From assembly GCA_016218475.1 (NCBI GenBank), contig JACREB010000061.1, positions 1 to 47,524 of the forward strand: a stretch of 47,524 nt of DNA, in the 5' to 3' direction. The stretch is from Nitrosomonadales bacterium. GTDB lineage: Bacteria; Pseudomonadota; Gammaproteobacteria; Burkholderiales; Gallionellaceae. The first letter of the stretch is position 1, and each line of letters begins with the position of its first letter. Below, in pieces: positions 26,646 to 36,691 of this stretch. Under the pieces are notes generated by a model. The model was not told the DNA's origin. It made no database searches and worked only from the letters and a program-made list of their open reading frames with translations. The translations under genes and the position numbers were made by a program.

Positions 26646-27232
26646 GCCGGGGGCAGTATAGTTTGCCGCGGCTCGTGTTCCACACAAATCCGGTGCAGCG
26701 CGGCATGCGGCACCGACAGGCCAAGCAGCTCGGTCAGCATGCGTTGTTGCAGGTGGCACAGGATGATGCGCATCACTCCGCCGTGCGTAACCAGCAGCAC
26801 GCGCTGGCCGGGATAGCGCACGGGCAGTTCCCGCCAGGCCGCCAGCACACGCGCCTGGAACGACAGCAGCGGCTCCGCCTGCGGCGGCGCAAAGGCAACC
26901 GGGTCGAGCCAGAAATTTTCCAGCGCACCGGGGTCGGCAGCGGCGATTTCCGCCGCGCCGCGCCCATCCCATGCGCCGAAATCCATCTCCTGAAAACGCG
27001 TGTCGCGATACAGCGGCAAGCCGTGTCGTTGCGCGTAATCTTTTGCGAATGCCACACAACGCATTAGCGGCGAGCTCAGCACCGCATCGTAGCGCGGCGC
27101 GTCCGCTAATACCTCCGCCATCTGTCGGTAGCCGTGTTCGCTCAGCGGCGCATCGCTACGCCCCAGATAGACGCTGCCCGCCAGTGTTTCACCGTGGCGT
27201 AGCAGGTCGATGTGAGTATGGACAGCCATCAC
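26642..27232 (-). CDS. cobC: Alpha-ribazole phosphatase (histidine phosphatase family)
   Basis: [29 protein letters not shown]; located between cobT and cobS. Confidence 0.85.
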   Translation of the reverse strand: MMAVHTHIDLLRHGETLAGSVYLGRSDAPLSEHGYRQMAEVLADAPRYDAVLSSPLMRCVAFAKDYAQRHGLPLYRDTRFQEMDFGAWDGRGAAEIAAADPGALENFWLDPVAFAPPQAEPLLSFQARVLAAWRELPVRYPGQRVLLVTHGGVMRIILCHLQQRMLTELLGLSVPHAALHRICVEHEPRQTILPPA

Positions 27233-28281
27233 AATTTATCCGACACGCCCGCTTCGGCAAAAGTCGCCATGTTGTTATGTAACGCGCAGGCCAGTTTCAG
27301 CAGCGGCACCGCTGTTGCTGCGCCGCTGCCTTCACCGAGGCGCATCCCGAGTTGCAGCAGCGGTTGCGCATCGAGTGCCGCGAGTACGCGCTGATGCCCC
27401 GGCTCGGCGGAGGTGTGCGCAAACAGCAGCCAGTCGCGCGTGCTGGGCTGGATATGCACGGCGGCCAGCGCCGCTACCGAGCTGATGAAACCATCCACCA
27501 GCACCGGCAAACCGCTTTGCGCGGCGGCGAGATATGCGCCCGCCAGCGCCGCGATTTCGAAGCCGCCCACATGGCGCAGCACGTCCAGCGGTTGCGTCAA
27601 GTTGTTCCGGTGCAAATCCAGCGCGCGCTGGATCACCGCCGCCTTGTGCGCCACGCCTTTGCTGTCCAGCCCGGTGCCCGGGCCCGCCAGCAACTGCGGC
27701 GATTCCTGCAGCAGCGCGCAAGCAATGGCGCTGGCCGAGGTAGTGTTGGCGATACCCATTTCGCCGCCGATGAATAGATGCGCGCCATCCTGTTTGGCAC
27801 GCAATGTAGCCGCACGTCCGGCCTGCAAGACCGCAGCCAGTTGCACTCCGGTCATAGCCGGACCTTGCGCAAAATTGGCCGTGCCGGGGGCGATTTGCTC
27901 ATCGCGCACCTTTGGGAAAGGCCCGACGGGGAATGCCGTGCCGAGGTTGACGACTTCCAGCGTGGCGTTTATTTGCTTCGCCAAGACGCTGATCGCCGCA
28001 CCGCCGCGCGCAAAATTTTTCACCATCTCCGCCGTGACCGCCTGCGGGAAAGCAGATACACCTTCTGCCGCCACGCCATGATCGGCGGCAAAAACGCTGA
28101 TCTGGACGCGCTCCATCTGCGGTTTTTCCGCACCTTGCAACACGGATAATTGCACTGCGATGGCTTCCAGTTTGCCCAATGAGCCGGGCGGCTTAGTGAG
28201 CTGCCCCTGCCGCGCCAGCGCCGCTGCGCGCGACGCTTCGCTCAATGCGGCACAGGGTTGTGCCAGCCAGTTTGTATTCAT
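27229..28281 (-). CDS. cobT: Nicotinate-nucleotide-dimethylbenzimidazole phosphoribosyltransferase
   Basis: [37 protein letters not shown]. Confidence 0.95.
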   Translation of the reverse strand: MNTNWLAQPCAALSEASRAAALARQGQLTKPPGSLGKLEAIAVQLSVLQGAEKPQMERVQISVFAADHGVAAEGVSAFPQAVTAEMVKNFARGGAAISVLAKQINATLEVVNLGTAFPVGPFPKVRDEQIAPGTANFAQGPAMTGVQLAAVLQAGRAATLRAKQDGAHLFIGGEMGIANTTSASAIACALLQESPQLLAGPGTGLDSKGVAHKAAVIQRALDLHRNNLTQPLDVLRHVGGFEIAALAGAYLAAAQSGLPVLVDGFISSVAALAAVHIQPSTRDWLLFAHTSAEPGHQRVLAALDAQPLLQLGMRLGEGSGAATAVPLLKLACALHNNMATFAEAGVSDKL

Positions 28282-28324
28282 GTTTACTCCAGTTTGTTGA
28301 TATTCACTCTCTACAAGCCACACG

Positions 28325-28843
28325 CTACGAGCTGCTTTTTACCACCAGCGGCAATCCCGCCACCATCAAAATCACGCGCTCGCACAAGGCGGCTATCCGC
28401 TGGTGCAGCCGGCCCGCCTCGTCGCAGTAACGGCGCGACAATTCGCCCATCGGCACGATGCCCATATTGGTTTCGTTGCCGACCAGAATGACCTGCCCGG
28501 GCAGGCGCGGCAGCACTTCAATCAATGCGGCGCACTCGCGGTGCAAATCATGCTCGCTGGCATCGCACAGCAATTGCGTCAGCCACAGCGTCACGCAATC
28601 CACCAGAACGCAACGTTGCGCGCTTGCCTCGCGTTGCAACACCTCGGCAATATTTTGTCCAGCCTCGACCGATAGCCAGCTATCCGACCGGCGCGCCTGA
28701 TGCTCCGCCACGCGCCGCTGCATCTCCGCGTCGCGAATCAGCGCGGTGGCGACGTAGACCACCTGCAAGCCGGATGCCTGCGCATGTTGTTCCGCCAAAC
28801 GGCTTTTGCCGGAGCGCACCCCGCCGAGGATCAATTCACGCAT
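28325..28843 (-). CDS. cobU: Adenosylcobinamide kinase/guanylyltransferase
   Basis: [35 protein letters not shown]. Confidence 0.95.
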   Translation of the reverse strand: MRELILGGVRSGKSRLAEQHAQASGLQVVYVATALIRDAEMQRRVAEHQARRSDSWLSVEAGQNIAEVLQREASAQRCVLVDCVTLWLTQLLCDASEHDLHRECAALIEVLPRLPGQVILVGNETNMGIVPMGELSRRYCDEAGRLHQRIAALCERVILMVAGLPLVVKSSS

Positions 28844-28860
28844 GATGTTTCTTTCTGACC

Positions 28861-30516
28861 CTATGCTGTTTGTTTAAGAAAAATTCCGTTCGCCCCGAGC
28901 TTGCCGAAGGGTTCTTTGTTGGTGATTGGTGGTTCGACAAGCTCGGGGCGAACGGTTGAATCAACAGCGTTGCCGCTTAATCCGAATAAGGAGCGCAGTT
29001 GTTTGCTGTCCAGATGTTGCTCCACCGCATCGGCGAGCCGGTCGATATCCGCCTCGCGGCGCGCACGATAATCCGGCGTCGCCGCCTCGCGCAGCCCGGC
29101 CCAGCGCAACAGCGCGTCAGTCGCGGCGCTTGATTCAAACAGGCCGTGCAGATAAGTGGCGAGGATTTGCCCGTCGTTGCCGATCGCCCCATCTGCGCCG
29201 TGCTCCAACAGCACTGCCGGATATTGCAGCGCACGACCTGCCGAAACTCCGGCATGTATCTCGTAGCCTGACACCGGCACCTCTTCCAGCATCAGCGTGC
29301 CTCGCACGTTGCGGAGTTGCTTTTCCGCTTGCAGCGTGGTGTTCAGTTCCAGCAATCCCAATCCCGCACTGTTGCCGGTTGCGCCTTCGATACCGAGCGG
29401 GTCGCGGATTTCCTGCCCCAGCATCTGCAAGCCGCCGCAGATGCCGATCAGCTTGCCTCCGTAGCGCAGATGCCGTTGTATCGCGGTTTCCCAACCTGCC
29501 TTGCGCAAACTGTCGAGATCGCTGCGCACCGATTTGCTGCCCGGCAGGATGATCAGATCGGCGGCGGGGATGTCCTCGCCCAATGCGACAAAACTGAATT
29601 CGATTTGCGGGTGCAGGCGTAGCGGATCAAAGTCGGTGTGGTTGCTGATGTGCGGCAATCGCGGCACGATGACGCGCAGTTTTTTGCTTTGCGCACCCTC
29701 TCCCCCAGCACCTCTGATGGAACTACTAGCCATTCGACTAGGCCGGGAAACTACTCCGGCCAAGCCGCTGGTTATCCCGCTTGCGGAAGAGGGGAGTGAA
29801 ATGGCATCTTCCGCTTCCAGATGCAGGTCGTGCAGATAAGGCAGCACGCCCAGCACCGGTTTACCGGTCTCTTGCTCCAGCCAATCCAGCCCCGGTTGCA
29901 GCAAGCTCAAGTCGCCGCGAAAACGGTTGATGACGAAACCCGCCACGCGCTCCCGCTCGCTGGCGGACAATAACGCCAGCGTGCCCACCAGATGGGCGAA
30001 CACGCCGCCGCGGTCGATGTCGGCGATGAGAATAACCCGGCAATCCACCGCCTCGGCGAAGCCCATGTTGGCGATGTCGTTCGCGCGCAGATTGATTTCG
30101 GCGGGGCTACCCGCACCTTCTACCACTACAACAGAATAGCGTTCGCTCAGGCGCCGGTGTGATTGGAGCACCGCCGCATGCGCCGTACTTTTGTATTCGT
30201 GATATTCCAACGCATGCATGTTGCCGACAGCATGGCCGTGGATGATGACCTGGACGCCCGTATCGCTGTTCGGTTTGAGCAGCACCGGGTTCATGTCGGT
30301 GTGCGGCGCAAGGCGCGCGGCCTGTGCCTGCACCGCCTGCGCGCGCCCGATCTCGCCGCCATCTTCCGTCACCGCGCTGTTCAGTGCCATGTTCTGCGGC
30401 TTGAACGGCGCGACACGCACGCCCTGCCGCACCAGCCAGCGACACAATGCCGTGACCAGCAGGCTTTTGCCCGCATCGGAAGTGGCGCCTTGCACCATCA
30501 GTGTCACGGATTTCAT
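28861..30516 (-). CDS. cobQ: Cobyric acid synthase (CbiP/CobQ); C-terminal moiety of an uninterrupted CobD-CobQ frame (28861-31608)
   Basis: [56 protein letters not shown]. Confidence 0.92.
   Translation of the reverse strand: MKSVTLMVQGATSDAGKSLLVTALCRWLVRQGVRVAPFKPQNMALNSAVTEDGGEIGRAQAVQAQAARLAPHTDMNPVLLKPNSDTGVQVIIHGHAVGNMHALEYHEYKSTAHAAVLQSHRRLSERYSVVVVEGAGSPAEINLRANDIANMGFAEAVDCRVILIADIDRGGVFAHLVGTLALLSASERERVAGFVINRFRGDLSLLQPGLDWLEQETGKPVLGVLPYLHDLHLEAEDAISLPSSASGITSGLAGVVSRPSRMASSSIRGAGGEGAQSKKLRVIVPRLPHISNHTDFDPLRLHPQIEFSFVALGEDIPAADLIILPGSKSVRSDLDSLRKAGWETAIQRHLRYGGKLIGICGGLQMLGQEIRDPLGIEGATGNSAGLGLLELNTTLQAEKQLRNVRGTLMLEEVPVSGYEIHAGVSAGRALQYPAVLLEHGADGAIGNDGQILATYLHGLFESSAATDALLRWAGLREAATPDYRARREADIDRLADAVEQHLDSKQLRSLFGLSGNAVDSTVRPELVEPPITNKEPFGKLGANGIFLKQTA
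28886..28955. repeat. Family C palindrome inside the cobQ 3' end
   Basis: CCGTTCGCCCCGAGCTTGCCGAA...TTCGACAAGCTCGGGGCGAACGG; similar to 25377-25448. Confidence 0.75.
29696..29797. repeat. Composite in-frame insertion in cobQ: CCCTCTCCCC...CCCGCTTGCGG palindrome containing a 60-bp family B element (29716-29775)
   Basis: Encodes the non-homologous linker [35 protein letters not shown]; the 60-mer matches the reverse complement of 44750-44809. Confidence 0.75.
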
Positions 30517-31608
30517 GCTTGGTGATCCATTAAACGTCGGGCTCTGCCCGACTGCTTCGGCAAGGCCTTTAGTCCTGAGCATGGTCGAAGGGTCGGGACA
30601 GGCATGTCGGGCAGAGCCCGACCTACAATCCCTTATGCCATCGAGTGCTGCAGCCAGCAGTAACCAGTCCGTTTCGCAGCATGGCAGCCCGAAGCGCAGG
30701 CTGTTTGGCTCGGCAAAATAGCGCGTGAGAATGCCACATTGCGCCAGCCGCTGATGAATGATTTCTGCCCGCTCCGTTTGCACCCACTGAAATAATCCGC
30801 AGCCGCCCGTTGGTGGTAGGTCAGCATCGCGCAGCAACTGTGTCAGCCGCTGACCGTCCTGCCTCAGCCGTTTTTTTGTGGCCTGTTGCCATGCCCGGTC
30901 GAGCAAGGCGGTGCGCACCACATGTCGTACCGGCCCCGCCACACACCACGGCCCCAGCGCTTCCCGTAAGACTGCCCGCAAGGCAGGGTGTGCCGCGACG
31001 AACCCTGCGCGCGCACCGGCCAAGCCGAAAAATTTTCCCATGGAGCGCAACACGATCAAGCCGCGCGGCATCGCGGCTTGTATCAGGCTTTGCGCAGTGC
31101 TGGCCTCGATGAAGGCTTCATCGACGATGAGCCAGCCGCCGCGTGCAGACAGTTCGGTATGCCAGTGCAGAAGATTTTCGCTGGCAAATAATTTGCCGGT
31201 CGGGTTGTTCGGCTGCATCAACACCAGCACATCGAGGTTGCCCACCTGTGCGGCGATTTCATCTGCGCACAACTCTTTCACCTCATGTCCGGCGCTGCAC
31301 CAGGCATGGGCATGTTCGGCATAACCCGGACGCGGCACGCCGACCCGGCACGGCCTGCGCAAACGCGGCAATGCCTGGATCGCAGCCTGTGTACCAGCCA
31401 CCGGTAATATATTTTGCGTGCGGTAATAATTGGCGGCGGCTTCCTCCAGGCCATCGTGTTCCTCCGGCAAACGTGACCACGCTTCCGGGGGAACCGGCGG
31501 CGGTATAAATGGAATGGGGTTGATACCGGTGGACAAGTCCATCCAATCCTTCAGCGGAATGCCATAGCGCGCGGCGGCGGCACGCAGTTGTCCGCCATGC
31601 TCAAGCAT
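30517..31608 (-). CDS. cobD: Threonine-phosphate decarboxylase (N-terminal moiety; no stop before cobQ)
   Basis: [38 protein letters not shown] (PLP lysine). Confidence 0.9.
30536..30626. repeat. REP-like inverted repeat with a nested family C-like segment, forming the cobD-cobQ linker
   Basis: Perfect 17-bp IR GTCGGGCTCTGCCCGAC (30536-30552) / GTCGGGCAGAGCCCGAC (30606-30622) around GTCCTGAGCATGGTCGAAGG. Confidence 0.8.
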
Positions 31609-32521
31609 GCAGCACCCCCAGCAGCAACAGCGCGGCCAGCCACAACCCCACGCCGCGCTGCACCAGCGTGACAGCGCGCGCCAGGTCGGCGGCAACAGGC
31701 GGTGTACCCGCGCCCAACAGCGGGCGCGCTTCACACACGCCGTGGTAATGCGCGGCGCCGCCCAGCTGTACGCACAGGCTGCCCGCACCGCTCGCCATCA
31801 CCGGCCCGGCGTTCGGGCTACCCCATGCACCTGCCTGTTGCCGCCAGCAATGCAGCGCGCGTTGCGTATTGCCGAGCAGCGCATAGGTCAAGGCGGTGAG
31901 CCGCGCCGGGATGAAATTCAGCACATCATCCAGACGTGCCGCCGCCCAGCCGAAGTAATAAAAGCGCGGCGTGCGGTAACCCCACATCGCATCCAGCGTA
32001 TTTGCCAGCCGGTACAGCAACGCGCCGGGCGCACCCAGCACGGCGAACCAGAACAGCGCGCCGAATACCGCATCGTTGCCGTTTTCCAAAACCGATTCGA
32101 CACCGGCGCGCGCCACAGCTTCCTCATTCAACTGGCGGGTGTCGCGGCTGACGATCTCACCCACACGCAAGCGCGCAAGCGCCAGGTCGCCGGATTGCAG
32201 GGCAAGCCGGATGCGCCCCGCATGTTCGCGCAAGCTCTGCATGCCCAGCGCAAAATACAGGATCAGCGCATCGAAAATAAATCGCAGCTCTGGAAATTCC
32301 CACCACAGGAATGCCAGCAGCCAGCAGGGCGCCAGCGCCAGCGCCCACGCCAAAAAGCCGCGCAACCGCCGCGCAGAGCCAGCGTTCATGCACTCTTCCA
32401 GCCAACTGGCATAACGCCCGAAAGCCGCCAGCGGATGAAAACGGCGCGGCTCGCCCAGCAAGCGGTCGAGCAATACGGCGCATACCATGGTCAAGGCAAT
32501 GTTCAACACGATGCCTCGCAC
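31601..32521 (-). CDS. cbiB: Adenosylcobinamide-phosphate synthase
   Basis: [43 protein letters not shown]. Confidence 0.93.
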   Translation of the reverse strand: MRGIVLNIALTMVCAVLLDRLLGEPRRFHPLAAFGRYASWLEECMNAGSARRLRGFLAWALALAPCWLLAFLWWEFPELRFIFDALILYFALGMQSLREHAGRIRLALQSGDLALARLRVGEIVSRDTRQLNEEAVARAGVESVLENGNDAVFGALFWFAVLGAPGALLYRLANTLDAMWGYRTPRFYYFGWAAARLDDVLNFIPARLTALTYALLGNTQRALHCWRQQAGAWGSPNAGPVMASGAGSLCVQLGGAAHYHGVCEARPLLGAGTPPVAADLARAVTLVQRGVGLWLAALLLLGVLHA

Positions 32522-33594
32522 CTGTCATCGAGATCGAGCGGCTCGGCCAATGCCTCGACGATGTATTCGACCGGCAATCCATAATGCGCGGCCAATTGTT
32601 GCGGCGACTCGCCGCTTTCATGCAGCGATTCTAGCCAGCCCTGCAAGCCGCTGGAAAGCGAACGTCCGGCGCGCTCGCCGCTCTTAACATGAAATTCGCA
32701 TAGCGATTCGTTTGCCCCCTCGCCCGCTTGCGGGAGAGGGTTGGGGAGAGGGGAACGGGCATGGCGGTGTTCATCATCGGTGGCATATTTGTCATGCCCG
32801 TTGGCTTCTCCGCTTTCCACGTCGTACTTGTTGGCGTAACCGCGCGGGGTGACCATCAGCCCGTCGCGTATAAAAGTGTGCGAATTGCCGATCAGCACGG
32901 TCGAGAGCATGCCGATGTCGCATTCGCTCATCTGCGCCAGCGTGGTGAATTCAATACTCTGCCTGGGGCGATAGGCGGATTTGACGATAGCCACCGGCGT
33001 ATCGGGGCGGCGATGGCGCAGGAACAGGCGCTGCGCCTGTGCGATCTGGCGCGTGCGGCGACCGCTCTTCGGGTTGTACAGCGCCACCACGAAATCGGCT
33101 GCGGCTGCCGCATCGAGGCGCTTGGCGATCACCGGCCACGGCGTGAGCAGGTCGGACAGCGAGATGGCGCAGAAGTCGTGTGTGAGCGGCGCACCGACCA
33201 ACGCGGCGCAGGTATTGAGCGCGGAAGCGCCGGGAACGATTTCCACCTCGATGCCGGAGCCTGGCGTCCAGCCTGCCTGGAACAGCACCTCGTAGGTGGG
33301 GCCGGCCATGCCGTACACTCCGGCGTCACCCGATGAAATCAGCGCCACTTTCTTGCCGTCACGCGCAAGCTCCAGCGCGTCGGTGGCGCGGTCGAGTTCC
33401 TCGGTCATCGCCTTCTTCACCACCTCCTTGCCCTCCAGCAAGTCTTCGACCAGCCTGACGTAGGTCACATAGCCGACCACCGTGTCGGCCTCTGCGATGG
33501 CGCTGCGCGCCCGTGCGGTCATGTGTTCGGCGCTGCCGGGGCCGATGCCGACCAGCATGATTTTGCCGGGTTGTTTTTCGTTGCCGGGGTTCAT
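32503..33594 (-). CDS. cobJ: Precorrin-3B/cobalt-factor III C17-methyltransferase (CbiH/CobJ)
   Basis: [46 protein letters not shown]. Confidence 0.92.
   Translation of the reverse strand: MNPGNEKQPGKIMLVGIGPGSAEHMTARARSAIAEADTVVGYVTYVRLVEDLLEGKEVVKKAMTEELDRATDALELARDGKKVALISSGDAGVYGMAGPTYEVLFQAGWTPGSGIEVEIVPGASALNTCAALVGAPLTHDFCAISLSDLLTPWPVIAKRLDAAAAADFVVALYNPKSGRRTRQIAQAQRLFLRHRRPDTPVAIVKSAYRPRQSIEFTTLAQMSECDIGMLSTVLIGNSHTFIRDGLMVTPRGYANKYDVESGEANGHDKYATDDEHRHARSPLPNPLPQAGEGANESLCEFHVKSGERAGRSLSSGLQGWLESLHESGESPQQLAAHYGLPVEYIVEALAEPLDLDDRCEASC
32684..32796 (+). repeat. Family A copy 2, in frame inside cobJ
   Basis: Colinear with 24578-24692; translated on the minus strand as [38 protein letters not shown]. 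Confidence 0.8.
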
Positions 33595-34757
33595 TGCGCG
33601 ATCCTTGCGATGGAGATGGTTGCGTTGCGGCCATCCGGGCCGCGCAGTTTGTATTTCTCGACGAGCAACTGGCTCATGTCTGTTTCTGCCGCGAGCAGCG
33701 CTGCCGCCTCCGACACCGAAGGTGTGCCGGTGTATTTGCGCACCACTTCGGACGGGTTGGGCACTGCCACAGCGGACAATTCCGCCGCCGGATAAAACTT
33801 TATCTGCCAGCCACGCGCGGCGGCAAGTTGCAATAAGCACGGTTCGCTGGCCTTGAGGTCGATGCTGGCTACCGCGTCCACATCTGAATCGTTGACGCCC
33901 GCCTGCTCCAGCGCCGCATCCACTGCGCGCGCGATGGTGTCGAATGTGGTGCCGCTATCGCAGCCTATGCCCAATGCCACTTTCATATCAGCTTGCGGTG
34001 GGGTATAGACTATCAGCCGGTCGCGGATGGCTTCATGCAATACGGCGGGCAAGGCATCGGGCTGTCGCTGCGTGATCCACAGCACCGCGCCGTAGCGTGA
34101 TGGATCGAGTTCTTCGATATTTTGCAGCAACCGGATGTTGGCGGGCAGCGCATTGCTGCGGCCGTTGGCGTGATGCGTCCACCAGTCGCGACTGCCCGCT
34201 TCCTGCACCAGCGCCACCGGCTCTTCATTTACCACGGCGGCGCTGGCGCGCACGATCACTTGTTTGGTTGCCGCGAAAGTCCAGCCCAGTTCGCGCCCGA
34301 GCAAATCCACCGCCAGCGTCTCGCGCACATCCGATGCGGTGGTGAGCACCGGCAGCGCGCCCAGCGCGCGGGCAAGATATTCCGCCAGTGCGTTGGCGCT
34401 GCCCAGATGCCCCGCAAGCACCGGGATGGCGTAGTGCCCCGCCCCGTCCAGCACCACCACGCCGGGATCATGTTCCTTGCCTTTCAGATGCGGCGACATC
34501 ATCCGCACCATCGCGCCGAGCGGGATGATGGCGGCGATGCCGTCGAATTGCTCGAACAGCGCGGGAATCTGCGCGCCGGTTTTTCCGGCATAACAAACTG
34601 CCGCGCCAAGTGCCGCCGCTTCGGCTTCCGCGCGGAATTTTTCCGGCGCGTAAAGCTGCGCACCCGGCAATGCGGCAACGACTCGGCCTGCGAGCGCGAT
34701 GCCGTGGCGCGTGATGGCAATGACCACGATGCGCTCGCTGGGGAAAGGCAGGTTCAT
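33591..34757 (-). CDS. cbiG: Cobalt-precorrin-5A hydrolase CbiG (with CobE-like C-terminal domain)
   Basis: K..DPGVVV, GHLGSAN, TTASD, LGIGC, SIDLKASE, GTPSVSEAAAL. Confidence 0.9.
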   Translation of the reverse strand: MNLPFPSERIVVIAITRHGIALAGRVVAALPGAQLYAPEKFRAEAEAAALGAAVCYAGKTGAQIPALFEQFDGIAAIIPLGAMVRMMSPHLKGKEHDPGVVVLDGAGHYAIPVLAGHLGSANALAEYLARALGALPVLTTASDVRETLAVDLLGRELGWTFAATKQVIVRASAAVVNEEPVALVQEAGSRDWWTHHANGRSNALPANIRLLQNIEELDPSRYGAVLWITQRQPDALPAVLHEAIRDRLIVYTPPQADMKVALGIGCDSGTTFDTIARAVDAALEQAGVNDSDVDAVASIDLKASEPCLLQLAAARGWQIKFYPAAELSAVAVPNPSEVVRKYTGTPSVSEAAALLAAETDMSQLLVEKYKLRGPDGRNATISIARIAQ

Positions 34758-35572
34758 GCTGTTTCGGTTTTCTTGCGGCAGCCGCGCCGCAGTTCGCCGC
34801 GCGCGCGGCCCGGATTCTGCACCAGCATCAGCGAGAGGTAGTTCACTTTCTCGCCCTTGAGGCTTGCCACATCGCGGACGATCCGCTCGTCCGGCGCGCC
34901 GACCTTCTCGATGAAACAGCTTGTGGCAAGAAGCCCCCTGCGTTCGAGCAGTTCGACGATTTCGTCGATCATGGACTTGACCTTGAACAGCACCAGCGTA
35001 TCGAACTCGTCTATCAAATGGTCGATCACCCCGATCCCGTATGCGGCGGGAATCACGGCAAGCGTTTCGTCCTCTTCGGCGAGCGTGATGCCGGTCGCGG
35101 CAGCCGCCGCCGCAAAGGACGACACACCTGGGATCGTCTCCACCTCGACTTCGGGCGCGAGCTGGCGAACCACGCGGACGAGATGGCCGAACGTGGCGAA
35201 AGTCGAGGCATCACCTTCGACGAGAAACACCAGATCGCGCCCTTCTGCAAGCAGTTCGATGGTGCGCGCCGCCGCGCGCGCCCAGGCCTTGCCGAGAATT
35301 TCCGCATCGCGCGTCATCGGAAAAACAAGGGCCTCGGCATCGTCCGGCACGGCGAAGCCGCCGCGCTCGGCGATAGCCAGCGCATATGAATTTTCCTCGG
35401 CCTTCTTGACCGGGTAAAGCCAGCGTGCGCCCGATTGCAGCGCTGCCCATGCGCGCCGTGTAATAAGTTCCGGGTCGCCGGGACCCAGCGAAGCGCCGAT
35501 CAGTTTTCCATAACTTAAAAGCAAGGGGCTGCGCGCTTTTGCGCAGTCCCGCTTGAGCGTAGGGCTAGGCAT
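34754..35572 (-). CDS. cobI: Precorrin-2/cobalt-factor II C20-methyltransferase (CbiL/CobI), with an attC-derived N-terminal extension
   Basis: SLGPGDPELIT, FPMT, EGDASTFATF, IPGVSS, YLSL. Confidence 0.9.
   Translation of the reverse strand: MPSPTLKRDCAKARSPLLLSYGKLIGASLGPGDPELITRRAWAALQSGARWLYPVKKAEENSYALAIAERGGFAVPDDAEALVFPMTRDAEILGKAWARAAARTIELLAEGRDLVFLVEGDASTFATFGHLVRVVRQLAPEVEVETIPGVSSFAAAAAATGITLAEEDETLAVIPAAYGIGVIDHLIDEFDTLVLFKVKSMIDEIVELLERRGLLATSCFIEKVGAPDERIVRDVASLKGEKVNYLSLMLVQNPGRARGELRRGCRKKTETA
35508..35570 (-). mobile_element. Degenerate integron attC-like site downstream of the restriction gene
   Basis: Minus strand: GCCTAGC-N5-GCTCAAGC-GGGACTGCGCAAAAGCGCGCAGCC-CCTTGC...GTTATGG (R''/L''/hairpin/L'/R' layout, 63 bp). 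Confidence 0.65.
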
Positions 35573-36691
35573 TTAGCTGGTAAATGTGGCGCATGGGGAT
35601 TTCAAAAACAATGACCGCCATAGATGCTCCTTTGGCGGTGGGGCACCGATTTTTACTATTTCAACAAATCCACCACGTTCAGAATCTTTTGTTGCCCCCG
35701 CAGTAATTGGGCCTGCATAAAAATTGGAATCTTCCAAGGGAAGAATTTTGTCGATAATTGATCTGTTGTTGATTTCATTGCCATAGCCAAACGCCAAAAT
35801 ATTTACTTCATCGGATTGATCGGCGAGGTATTTTGAAAGGTTAAGTGCAGTGCTGGTCGATATGTAGTTTGCAAGTACATCTTGAATCAACCAAATCGTT
35901 TTTCCATTCCAAGCCATACCAACTTGCGACTTCACGATAAGCTGACTTACCATTCGCGCCCAAACTTGGCGATAGTTAATTCCGGGGCCGTTATGAATTG
36001 TTGGGTTGAGAACGGCATCCTCGAACGCCATTCCAACCTGAGTCCTCTTTTTCTTATCACCACCTGACGTACTTGATGTCATTATTTCTACGATAACCAC
36101 AGGGTCTGCGGGAAAGTTTTCAATCCACAAATCGCCCCTCTTCGCCAGAGTAAAACCGTTCTCTTCGGCTATTTTTTTGGTTGCTTTTTCGCTACGACCA
36201 ATTATGCTTGCAGCCTCGGATACCAATAACTTTCTTGAGCCTGCAATCACATAATCAAAGGTGTAATCGAAGAACTTCTCTTGTTCATCGTCAGTAGTTG
36301 TTCCTACCTTCATCTTAACTTCAGACCAAGCACGGTAATTACCCGCTTGTGGAAGTTCCATATACTTTGATAGTTGTTGCTTAACATGGTCTTGGTAATT
36401 GAGCCGAGAGGAATTTTCCCGAAGTGAAAATAGCCTTCTGGGGCAGACAATCCAAGGCTGCTCACCCTCACGCACACGCAAAGAACAAACCCCTGCCTGA
36501 ACAAGCTGCTTGCCGGGGAACTTTTTTGCCAGCTCTGGATGTGTCCGTAAATCTATTGCGGAAAGATAGCGATTCCCACCACCATCGCACTCGGCATCCA
36601 TGAATGGGCACCATGCCTTTTTACAGTTCGCCTTTGCTTCTGGCCCCCATGCGTCAAGGCGATACCCAAAAAGTTCATAAATCTTGCTCAT
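35573..36691 (-). CDS. Putative type II restriction endonuclease, NotI-like
   Basis: N-terminal Cys cluster (WCPF..ECD..VCS..VCPRR); FDYV...VEIM nuclease core; overlaps the MTase stop; AT-rich. Confidence 0.65.
   Translation of the reverse strand: MSKIYELFGYRLDAWGPEAKANCKKAWCPFMDAECDGGGNRYLSAIDLRTHPELAKKFPGKQLVQAGVCSLRVREGEQPWIVCPRRLFSLRENSSRLNYQDHVKQQLSKYMELPQAGNYRAWSEVKMKVGTTTDDEQEKFFDYTFDYVIAGSRKLLVSEAASIIGRSEKATKKIAEENGFTLAKRGDLWIENFPADPVVIVEIMTSSTSGGDKKKRTQVGMAFEDAVLNPTIHNGPGINYRQVWARMVSQLIVKSQVGMAWNGKTIWLIQDVLANYISTSTALNLSKYLADQSDEVNILAFGYGNEINNRSIIDKILPLEDSNFYAGPITAGATKDSERGGFVEIVKIGAPPPKEHLWRSLFLKSPCATFTS

Noticed and set aside
31609-31788. Upstream extensions given by the ORF track (also for cobS, cobJ, cbiD, cbiET, 8376, 15422, 24606)
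   Set aside because: They overlap neighbouring genes or repeats; homology and RBS positions support the downstream starts used here
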